From: Octopus sinensis
Taxonomy: Eukaryota
Reading direction: 5' to 3'
DNA length: 64,000 nt
Assembly (NCBI RefSeq): GCF_006345805.1
Contig: NC_043009.1
Span: forward strand, 16,244,001-16,308,000
The position numbers and the translations under genes are program-made. Positions 53,289 through 64,000 of the stretch are shown in pieces (position 1 is the stretch's first letter; the number at the start of each line of letters is the position of its first letter). The notes below the pieces were generated by a model. The model was not told the DNA's origin and searched no databases. It worked only from the letters and a program-made list of their open reading frames with translations.

Positions 53289-53835
53289 ATATATATATAT
53301 ATTATATAGAGGGCATTATTACATTCGGTAGCATTTGTTTATTTTTGGTAGTTATGACTTTTTTCAAGTGAAAAAATTTACAGATTTTTTTCTCTTATGA
53401 GGTTTTTCACGCTAACTACCTGATAATTTCTTATTAAGATTTTATCCTAATTTTATATATATATACACACATGTATATTATACTATATATATATTTAATT
53501 GTATCCTTAAAGATTATATAAAGACCACCTTAGACTCAGAACTAGCCAGGTCAATTCCATTTCTTTTAACCAGTGAGACAGACGATCCTTTAGCCTTTAG
53601 GATACTGGGATATTGGGAAACTATTTACCATTTATTCAATATCAGCAGTGAAGCCAGAATGCTTTGTTTTAGAAAAAGTTCTCTCACATTTTAAAATATA
53701 TTATTAGCGAACACATTCAAGCATTTACATGAAAATAACCAAACTTTTACCTGAATCGAAAGTACTTATTATATTTTAATCTACTTACCTCTAAATGTCT
53801 TATTTGGTTAAGTTACATAAAAGTTGCAATATGCC

Positions 53836-53868
<33 letters not shown>

Positions 53869-54868
53869 TACTCAATACTACATATAAAGCGATATAATTT
53901 ATGGAATGTTGAAACTTTATAAAGTGTTACTCCAAGTTTCTTGTTGGTGGTATTCAGGTGAATATATAAAATAGAATATATCTTACAATATACAAAAACG
54001 TTTGTAATTTTGAAATACTATCAATTATTTCTCATTTAAACAAAACTTGCTGCTCACTTCTGAGCGGAGCTACCACTTTCACGAGGAATGTTTTGAATGG
54101 TTGTAGATCGTTTTAGCTAATATATAACAGGCCCGTTTCTTCCAAAACCAAATATGTTTGGAGTGACTTGCGTCATATTTCCTTTTCGTAAATGCTACAA
54201 TATGTTGATTGTAATGAGTTTTAAAACTGTTTCGGTGAGAGTTCTTGGCCTTAACTACATTATTATTTAAAAGCTTATGGTACATATGGGAAAAATTAAA
54301 TTTAATTGGCTTCTGACGTTATGAGTACGCACATTTAGAGTAAACACTTGATTATTCCTTTATATATTTTTTGGTCTACTTTTACATTTAGAAAAGATTG
54401 GTGTGAATCGTACATTACATATTATTAGTTAAATCACTTTTACAAAGTACCTCATTATCATATAAAATACTACGAAGAGAAGCCTAATCCGAAGATAAAC
54501 AGGATACACATTTATTCATATCAAGCATTAAATCTCTTAGAACAGAAGGCATGTTAATTATGTAAAATAAACTATCATTTTGCTTTTGATAATAATTATA
54601 GAAAACGTGTGTGTTTCCACTGAGTGTGTGTGGATATGTTTACGTATATACATAGGTATGTGCATTTTCCACTAGATTTTAGGGATCAAATATAATTAAA
54701 ACGATTATCTACCATTAGATTCTGTACAATTTGTATGTCTTACATAAATAATTAGATCACCGGGCAGTTGAGAGTTAAGTGCCTTGGCTTTTATTATATC
54801 TACATACATATACAAATATAACATATGTGCATATATACATAGAAATTTGTATGTTTATATATGCAGAC

Positions 54869-54960
<92 letters not shown>

Positions 54961-55772
54961 GGATAGGAAGTTAGGTAGGTATGTATGTATGTAGGCAGGT
55001 GGGTAGGTGGGTAGGTAGGTAGGTAGGTAGGTAGGTAGGTAGGTAGGTAGGTGGATAGATAGATAAATAGATAGATAGAGACAGACAGACAGACAGCAGA
55101 CAGACATACAGATAGACAGAGAGATACACAGATAGATGGACAGACCGACAGACGGACAAAGGGACAGGCACATACATACCTACATACATACATGTAAATA
55201 TATGTATGTAATTTTATTCGTATATATATAAGGGTGTCTGTGCATGTATTCAATTATGTAAACGTAATAAATATAGTTTAAGGTGAGATGTACTTATCAT
55301 TCACACTCTTCTTCTCCCTCACTCTCTCTCTCTCCACCCTCTCTCTCTCTTGCACTCAGTTTTGAGCTTAACTAGTTCTTAACGTGAACTAATTTAACAT
55401 TGGTTCATCAAGTATGTTACTATACCTCAATAATTTACAATATATAAATACCATATCTCGAGATTTCTGATTGTAATTGCTGATGACTTTTATTTTCTCT
55501 CCTCGAGGCAATATGTGCCCATTTATGTTTGCATATGTGCTTCTGCACGTATGTGTATGCTGTAATAAATAAGTGTGTTTAAATAGATACACAGAATTAA
55601 CGAGATTTATCTAAAGAATTATAGCTTGTATGTGTAGCTGCATTAGCTATATTGTGTCTATTTACATTTGCATGCAAGTATGTGCGTGTGCGAGCCTATG
55701 TGTTTGTGTAGGTATGCATGTGTATACGTGTGTGTGTATGTATAGATAGATAGATATATTGATTGATTGATT

Positions 55773-55849
<77 letters not shown>

Positions 55850-56012
55850 ATATATGCCTTTGTATGTATACTTTGACTCGCTGTGTCTGTATATTAGTAC
55901 AGATATAAGGTCCGTATAAATCAATACTTTTCGCCTATTAGTACTTATGTGTGTATGTGTATATGTGTGTGTATGTGTGTGTATGTGTTTGTACATGTGT
56001 ATGTATCTATGC

Positions 56013-56063
<51 letters not shown>

Positions 56064-57667
56064 GTGTGTGTGTGTGCATGTATCTGTGCATATGTATCTG
56101 TATAGCATTTTCAAGTCTATTTGTAAATCCAAAAGAACTAAAAAGTACTTCTGATTAATGACTTTTTTTTCATAGGGAGAACTGAACACTTGCGTAATCA
56201 ATTTAACTTAAATTTTCAATCATTGGCTAATCCTAATCAACTTAGACAATTTAATCCAGGAGAAAAAAATTCTGTCTAGGCACCTCCTTTCCCAACCGAT
56301 TTCGTCTTTAAATTTTCAATTCCTGCTGCTGCTACTACTAGTACTACTACTACTACCACTACCATCACCACCACCACTATTACTACTATTATTGTTACAG
56401 TTTCTACTAATGCTAGAAATTCTATTCTCAGACCAGCTTCTTTTTAGACTCTGTATATCTAGAAGCTTTATTTATTCTGCGTTTTTGGCTGACTATTTTC
56501 CGTTGATCGTCAAAGAATAGATAATCCAGCTACAATTAAGAATTGCAATTACATTCCTACATATTCGAATGTAGTTTCTTGCCAATTCGCTCTTAAATTC
56601 AGATTCTTTGCCAACTCAACATCCTTCCTAATTCATCATCTTCTCTAATTGGTCATCTATTAATGTCTTAAGGTTCCTCGAACTGACACACCTTTCAACC
56701 GTTGAGAAAATCCTAAAATAGACTGTTAAACTCCTATCAAAGCTACAGCTGAATTAGTCTGTCTACCTAACAAACGATAAATAGTTCGTATTTCATCAGT
56801 CACTTTGCAGTGTCAATACCCAACAGAATAAATTCTCACCGAAAATGTCAACCTTCAGAGTAAATGTGTTTCATAGATAAAGCTATTGTGTAGCTAACCA
56901 CTGTTCCGAAGAAACATGCCATTGTACGTTGAATCCGCCACGTCCAAAGCTCAATTGTCTTCGGACATAGGCAAAACCCAAATGTTTAAAGAAGGTATAT
57001 GATTATGCGTTATTTTTTATGCTTTCAAATGTATTCCTTTCATAAAAATTATGTAAAAAATCACAGTGGAACGAAATGTCTCAAATTTTTTTGCGACAAA
57101 CTAAAATGCAGCAGTTAAAGGTTTGTAAATGTCAAAAGCGTATAAAGTCACAAAGCATTTTTATCTTTTTAGGGCTTCACTTACGATGAATTGAAAGCAT
57201 TCTGATTTGAAACAGCAGAAATCTTTTTATTTGAAAATGGAACAAATATTAATAAATGTTGTGTATATGAAGGATGTGATATATAAAATAAAGAAAAAAT
57301 CATAATGGCTTTAAGGTTTTCTTAAGATTTAAAGTTAATAAAGTTGTTTATATCTGCATCATTTTTTAAGATGATTTGTTGATGAGTTGAAAGAGCTCAA
57401 TAGAACTCCTTCAATGAACAATATATACGAAGCATTCGGGGTTTTCCCAAAATAGCAAAGTGAAATAAAACAAACATTCATATTCTATGAATAAGCCTAT
57501 TGTCTATAAAACACAATGAAAGTTATCTACACAATGACTGATTTAAAACATCAGAATATATATATATATGTATGTATGTATGCATGTATGTATGCATGTA
57601 TGTATGTATGTATGTATGTATGTATGTATGTATGTATGTATGTATGTATGTATGTATGTATGTATGT

Positions 57668-58285
57668 ATAAAGTGGTGGACCTAGGTCCCATCTCCTGTG
57701 ACAACTCTCGCCAACAAAGTTTCGCCTTCATTGTTGTAGCCGCCAAATAAACGTTGACCAATCTCCACACGATTGTGCTTACACGCTTCGGTAATCTCAC
57801 GTGGTGCGCACCTCACACAGGCTGTATTGAAACAAAGCTTGTCATGAATGATTTTGTATGCTGAACCATGACTAATTTGCAGAGAACATGCCTCGAAATC
57901 GATGGTCACTCGTCGGTTCACCAGAGATTTTTTCTCAAATTTGTTAAATCTCTAAGTCAGTCATGAAGATTAACGGGCATCCTGCAGTGTCTCTGAGCTT
58001 CACGCTTGTCCTGCGGTGTTTAAGCTTCTCAATCCTCTCATACACGCTTTTGTGCAGTAGTGATGTCCCTGTATTCTACTGAAAGCCTTCTTTGGTGTAC
58101 AATGCCAGCGGAACGGCCATGTATACTCTGTAATACAACAAAGAAAACTGGAGTAATCAAGGTCAAACCCCGGTTATGTAACCACAGGAGTACCACCTTT
58201 AAGCACACAAGCTCTGATGGCAGTGTGTGCGACCAACCTAAAGAACGTTTTAACGAAAATGCAGATATTTTTTGACTTCCCCTCG
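57668..58285 (-). mobile_element. Mariner transposon 5' half, truncated at (TATG)n
   Basis: TIR TA|CGAGGGGAAGTCAAAAAATATC. Remnant NRRVTIDFEACSLQISHGSAYKIIHDKL...ARVVTGDGT (HTH region to the first catalytic D). Confidence 0.88.
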
Positions 58286-58290
58286 TATAC

Positions 58291-58363
<73 letters not shown>

Positions 58364-59122
58364 TGTGCGTGTGCGTGTGTGTGTATACACATACATACAC
58401 ATATAAAATGTCAGATATATAACAGCGAAGTCTCAACGATAAAAACAGCAAAGCATTTGAAAGATAAATGCAAGTATAAATATAGAAATTACAAAGAAAC
58501 GATTGAAAAATAGTAGTATTGCTTGGAAGAACACCGTTAGTTGGCCATAGCGCAATCTAGAGCTTGTTGACTTGCCTATTAAGAATTTTAGAATTGAATT
58601 ATAATCTTGCATAGTTGTGCGAGATGCATTCTAATGACCAAATATGAAAATAATGTGAATTATCTGATGAAGTCGAGGAGATAGTTGTTTGTTTACTTCG
58701 GGTGAACATAAATTATGTCTACAGATACTGTTAGGTGGGAGATCTGCAAACAGATACTCCACAGATATCAACATATTTAAACGATAGCATGCATAAACGT
58801 ATGGCTGATAATTCGTTTTGCAATTACGTGGCTCTGAGTTGACAAGTAGATGTGTACACATGCCAACGTTTACATGATAAACGTATGCATTTGTACTTAT
58901 TACATTCTAATACAAAGTTTTAAAATGCTTCTGATAATTTGTAGCAATAATTGCCTAATTAACTGTGTCCTTTCTAAAGATTAGTATTGTGGCAGTTAGT
59001 TAAATAAACAAGTTTCCAGTTGTAATAGATATAACTCTGTATGTATATTCCGGGTGTTGCGATAAGTCTCTCATTAGTTCGGTATAGATGTTTTCTGTGT
59101 CCTAATTCTTTAACATTATATT

Positions 59123-59338
59123 GGTTTCAAATTTTGGAAGAAGGCCAGTAAGTTCGAGGGAAGGGTTAAATCAGTGACATCGACCCCAGCGCTCAACTGC
59201 TACGTATTTTATCAAACCCCAAAGGATGAAAGGCAAAGTCTACCTCGGTGGAATTTGAACTCAGAACGTAAAGATGGACGAAATGCCGCTAGGCATATCG
59301 CCCGGCATGCTAACGATTCTACCAGCGCGGCGTTTTAA
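59123..59338 (-). mobile_element. SINE family A with 16-bp TSD
   Basis: Reverse complement of the family A body. TCTTTAACATTATATT at 59107-59122 and 59339-59354. Confidence 0.9.
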
Positions 59339-60368
59339 TCTTTAACATTATATTAACAACAGCAAGGCTACTATGCGCGATTCACTTCTATTCCCAAATG
59401 GTCTTTTATGTTTGTATTCTACAAAGATCTGGACAGGACATTCTATCAGTATTCTTTCATATCATTACTGAATAGAACCTCCACGCCACTGTGCTTCTTT
59501 TATTATTATCTTTCGTATTATTCTTTCTACAAATTCCATTGTAAAATAGTTTGGGACATGACATATCTCCTTGGTAGATAACACTATAATGATATTTTCA
59601 AACAATTACATATGAAATAAATGATAGCTTCACCGTTAGTTCTATCAGTTGACTTATCTCGGCAGTTTACTCGTATCCATGTCTTATTTGTCCATTAGGT
59701 ATATGATTGTTATATCTTGTTCTTGTTTTCCAAAACATACTTTTCACAGCTAGAATCCTTGTGGTTGATAAAAGATAGACTACTTTACCTATTTATCTTG
59801 TCATCACATTGAAGCCATCTGCCAACATGGCTATACACTTTAGCTTCTGGTGATAGGTATACAAATTTTCATTTGATAGACTGTTGTGATAAAGTTGTTC
59901 TCTAGCTACGTATCATTAATCATCGCTCTTGGTATACTTTCCGAGGAGCACTTTTTCAACTTACGCGATGCTGTCTGCCTTAAGCATTCAGACAGGGTCT
60001 ACAGGTGGGTGCGCATATCTTTCGGTGATATACTGTTGAAATATGTAACAATCATCGGGAACAATAAATCGGTGCATTTGTATAAAGTCAATCGTGATAT
60101 TTCTTCCACTCGAGTTACACATGCAATCCTCTCAACCACATAATTACTCTCAGCTTCATCAATGTTGTGGAACAGTGATTAGTCTGTCGAAAGTTTGTCA
60201 CTTATGTCGTATTGTTCACAAAATACTACGTACCATAAAAAGTAAAATATAAATAAACAACGATGAAGTATTAAATTTGGAATACAAGCCATAGGAAAAG
60301 ATGAAGTCAAAATACACCGAAGCATGACATTACACAGATACTAGCCACATATCTTTTTTCTTTCATAT

Positions 60369-60575
60369 TTTATTTGTTTCAGTCATAAGACTGCGGTCAC
60401 GCTGGGGCGCCTCTTCAAGAACTTTTAGTCAAATGTATCGATACCAGTAATTAATTTTTTAAAAACCTGGTACTTATTCTATCTGTCTCTGTTGCCAAAC
60501 CGCCAATTTACAGTGACGTAAACACACCAGCACCGGTAATCAAGCTGTGTATGTGGGAACAAACACAAACACGAA
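60369..60575 (-). mobile_element. SINE family B, 3' half, diverged
   Basis: TTTGTTTCAGTCATAAGACTGCGG...GTACTTATTCTATC...GACGTAAACACACCAGCAC. Confidence 0.8.
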
Positions 60576-60598
60576 GTTACACACATACACACACACAT

Positions 60599-60781
<183 letters not shown>

Positions 60782-60873
60782 AACATACACAACATGTAGA
60801 GTATCGTTTATAGAAATACATAAATCCGGAGGAGAAGCGCATACTAAGATGTAGAGAAGCTAATACTGTAGTG

Positions 60874-60915
<42 letters not shown>

Positions 60916-60936
60916 ACATACACATATATATATATA

Positions 60937-61095
60937 GTTGAAATTTACAGAAAATCAAAAGACGAAGACAGGTGTATAAACAACACCCAGGTGTATTGGT
61001 TTAACGCTCGGGAAGGGGAGGAAGTCTTTTACGTCTCGAGTCTACGCTCTTCAAGAGAAAGGAACACGAGGAAAAAACAGAGAGACAAGGATACT
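60937..61095 (-). mobile_element. Family X fragment (decayed)
   Basis: Reverse complement reads TTTCTCTTGAAGAGCGTAGACTCGAGACGTAAAAGACT and aligns with the 53.1-kb copy. Confidence 0.55.
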
Positions 61096-61141
61096 TTTGG
61101 AGCTAGCGCTCAGTCATTTATGCGTGTGTGTGTGTGTGTGT

Positions 61142-61409
61142 GGAGGCGCGTGGCTTAGTGGCTAGGGTGTCATCATCATGATCGTAAGATTGTGGTTTCG
61201 ATTCCTGGACCGAGCGACGCGTTGTGTTCTTGAGCAAAACACTTCATTTCAAGTTGCTTCAGTCCACTCAGTTGGCAAAAATGAGTAACGCTGCGATGGA
61301 CTGGCGTTCCGTCCAGCTGGGGAACACATACGCCATAAAAACCGGGAAACTGGGCCCATGAGCCTGGCTAGGCTTTAAAAGGGCGCATTTATTTATTTAT
61401 TTATTTATT
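61142..61409 (+). mobile_element. tRNA-derived SINE family C with (ATTT)n tail
   Basis: A-box TGGCTTAGTGG, B-box-like GGTTTCGATTCC, body CTTGAGCAAAACACTT...GCTGCGATGGACTGGCG..CCGTCCAG, (ATTT)n tail. Confidence 0.82.
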
Positions 61410-61462
61410 ACTATATATATATATATGATGATAAATATATATATATATATATACATATATAT

Positions 61463-61624
61463 AACGAGCTTCGTTCGGTCTCCCTGCACCAAATTCACTT
61501 ACAAGAATTTGGTTAGCCGAAGGCTATAGTAGAAGAAACTTTCCCAATATGCCACGCAGTGGGACTGACCCCCGAACTTTGTGGCTGGGAAGCAAGCTTC
61601 TTACCACAAAGCCACGCCTGCGCC
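61463..61624 (-). mobile_element. SINE family B, head half
   Basis: GGCTATAGTAGAAG...GCCACGCAGTGGGACTGA...CTTACCACAAAGCCACGCCTGCGCC. Confidence 0.85.
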
Positions 61625-61666
61625 TATAACTAACATTAAAAAATTTTAATTCAGAAGCTACACAGT

Positions 61667-61873
61667 GGCGTAGCAATGGCTGTGTGGTAAGTAGCTTGCT
61701 TACCAGCCACATGCTTCCAGGTTCAGTCCCACTGCGTGGCACCTTGGGTAAGTGTCTTCTACTATAGCCTTGGGCCGACCAAAGCCTTGTCAGTGGATTT
61801 GGTAGACGGAAACTGAAAGAAGCCCGTCGAATATATGTATATATGTGTGTATGTCCGTATGTGTGAGTGTATG

Positions 61874-61904
<31 letters not shown>

Positions 61905-62090
61905 GTTTGTGTGTCTGTGTTTGTCCCTTGACAACCGATGCTAGTGTGTTTACATCCCCGTAACCTAGCGGTTCGGCAAATAGAGACAAATAGAACAAGT
62001 ACTAGGCTTACAAAGAATAAGTCCTGGGGTCGATTTGCTCGACTGAAGGCGGTGCTCCAGCATGGCCACAGTCAAATGACTGAAACAAGA
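61667..62090 (+). mobile_element. SINE family B, full length
   Basis: GGCGTAGCAATGGCTGTGTGGTAAG (A box)...GGTTCAGTCCC (B box)...internal (TG/TA)n...CAGTCAAATGACTGAAACAAG. Confidence 0.93.
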
Positions 62091-62695
62091 CAGTTTCTTT
62101 TAGCCAATAGCAATAAAAATAAAAGTCTAATTATATTTTTACAGATCATAAGATATCAATGCCATATTATGACATTCATAGATTTCCATATATAGCAGTG
62201 ACGAAGTTTGAAAGAAATATCTTCAAATTGCTGAGAGGAAAATAGCTAGCGATAGTCATATCTTCGTTAGAAGTATCATCAAGCGCCGTAAATGAAGAAC
62301 AACTGATTCAAAGAATTTTTAATGTAATAAAACTAAGAAGCGAAGGCAATGAGAACGTAGAATGGACACATTAAATTGATTAACATACATGGTTTTAAAA
62401 TGGTAAGTTAATATAATGATGCCTTTGTGCATGTTATGTAAAGTGTTCGTCAGTGACACGTTAATAACTCGAGTTTATGACGTATGGAACAAGCGTTTTG
62501 CATTTTGTGAGTGTTGTTAAATTGTGCATCAATCCAGTCATTAAGTCATCGATATCCAGCTGTCGCTTGACTGGTTGTTCTTTTAATATGCTACAGGCTC
62601 ATCTTCAAACATTTGTTTTCCTGCCACTAGCTTCAACAATTTTCACTATTATTAATAAAAGAAAATAAAACAAACTATTATTATTATCATCATCA

Positions 62696-62789
<94 letters not shown>

Positions 62790-62792
62790 CAG

Positions 62793-62842
<50 letters not shown>

Positions 62843-62870
62843 ATCATCATCATCATCATCATCATCGTCG

Positions 62871-62922
<52 letters not shown>

Positions 62923-63309
62923 AAATCATCGTCATCATCATCACCAACAACATAATTTATTATTATATTTTTTTTGTTTTGAACATTTAGATACTTGTTT
63001 TCTACCATACCATCAACTTCAATTTCGCTTTATCTTTCGGGGATATTAAATCATGTTTGCATGTTAGATCAGTATTTCTTTATTGTTGATACTATTTTAT
63101 AGTTATCTGGTTTATATTGCATTGTATACAGTATGGGCAATGTGAGCCGAGTGCTTTGTTGGATGATGATGGAAAGGAGTTGAGTATTATTTCAAAAGGG
63201 CTTATTTGGGCTCTGTTGAACTATTGGCTGTTAATTGAACAGAGAATAAATTTCCTGCATGCACCAGGTCTAATCATGTAACAGTATGCTGTGCATGTTG
63301 ATATATATA

Positions 63310-63353
<44 letters not shown>

Positions 63354-63383
63354 CACAGGCACATACATATATACGTATATATA

Positions 63384-63420
63384 CTAGCAACTAAGCCCGG
63401 TTTTACCCGGTGTGTTTGGA
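63384..63420 (-). mobile_element. Helitron-like 3' terminus
   Basis: Minus strand ACCGGGTAAAACCGGGCTTAGTTGCTAG|T (hairpin plus CTAG). 5' end not identified. Confidence 0.5.
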
Positions 63421-63804
63421 TGATGTAGCTGTGATCGTTTTCGATTAGGCATAATCTATATAACACCGTTTCTCAACCTTATCATTTCGAGTCCCCTGTT
63501 TCGATTGGAGCCTCCAGCTGTATGAAAACTTTTTGACCCCACCCCATCAGAAAACAACTGGTTGTTTTAATGCCGGAAGAAAGAAGGGAATTCCATTAGA
63601 AAAGGTTTTAATCGATTATCTCGGTAAATATGGAGGCTATGAAAAACACACAAACTGCATTCCAATCTATGCACCCGTCTCCACATGTGTGGCATTTTTC
63701 ACGCGAATCCACCCAGCTGTTTGGCTGTGAACCTCAAGACAAGAAAGAATACAACGATCGCCTATGTCCAATTTATATTATATATATATATAATTACACA
63801 GGCG

Positions 63805-63836
<32 letters not shown>

Positions 63837-63946
63837 TATGTATATATTCAAAATAGCTGACGACTAGCATCAAGCTTCAAACTCAAGAGTATCAAGAAAT
63901 TTTAATGAAACTGTTTGATTCATATGTGTGTGTGTGTGCGTGCATA

Positions 63947-63987
<41 letters not shown>

Positions 63988-64000
63988 TATATATATATAT

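Noticed and set aside
61142-61730. tRNA genes at SINE heads
   Set aside because: A and B boxes are present, but there is no cloverleaf and the heads continue into multi-copy SINE bodies.

Overview
AT-rich, microsatellite-saturated eukaryotic genomic DNA with no prokaryotic features. The SINE families and (TA)n/(TAGA)n/(CA)n load resemble octopus (coleoid cephalopod) DNA, which is my inference from remembered repeat families and not a database result. Two minus-strand exons (44927-45064 and 15293-15538), joined by a 29.4-kb GT-AG intron, encode part of the amino-terminal domain of a non-NMDA-type ionotropic glutamate receptor. I could not confidently find its other exons. The rest is repeats: tRNA-derived SINEs, decayed mariner/maT transposons, non-autonomous Helitrons, LINE remnants and many fold-back inverted repeats. 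The most notable observation is a set of hammerhead-ribozyme (HHR) motifs. A near-identical tandem array of about 3.25 x 470-476 bp (22247-23794) carries a type I HHR (CUGAUGA...GAAA, GUC site) and a spliceosomal-intron-like segment in each full unit, as expected for a retrozyme or Penelope-like pLTR array that could yield ~470-nt self-cleaved or circular RNAs. About ten more intact or decayed HHR motifs from several unrelated repeat families occur in the window, and several fold-backs have their junction at the HHR. All ribozyme calls come from manual base-pairing; activity is untested. Nearly all ORFs in the supplied track are microsatellite artefacts.
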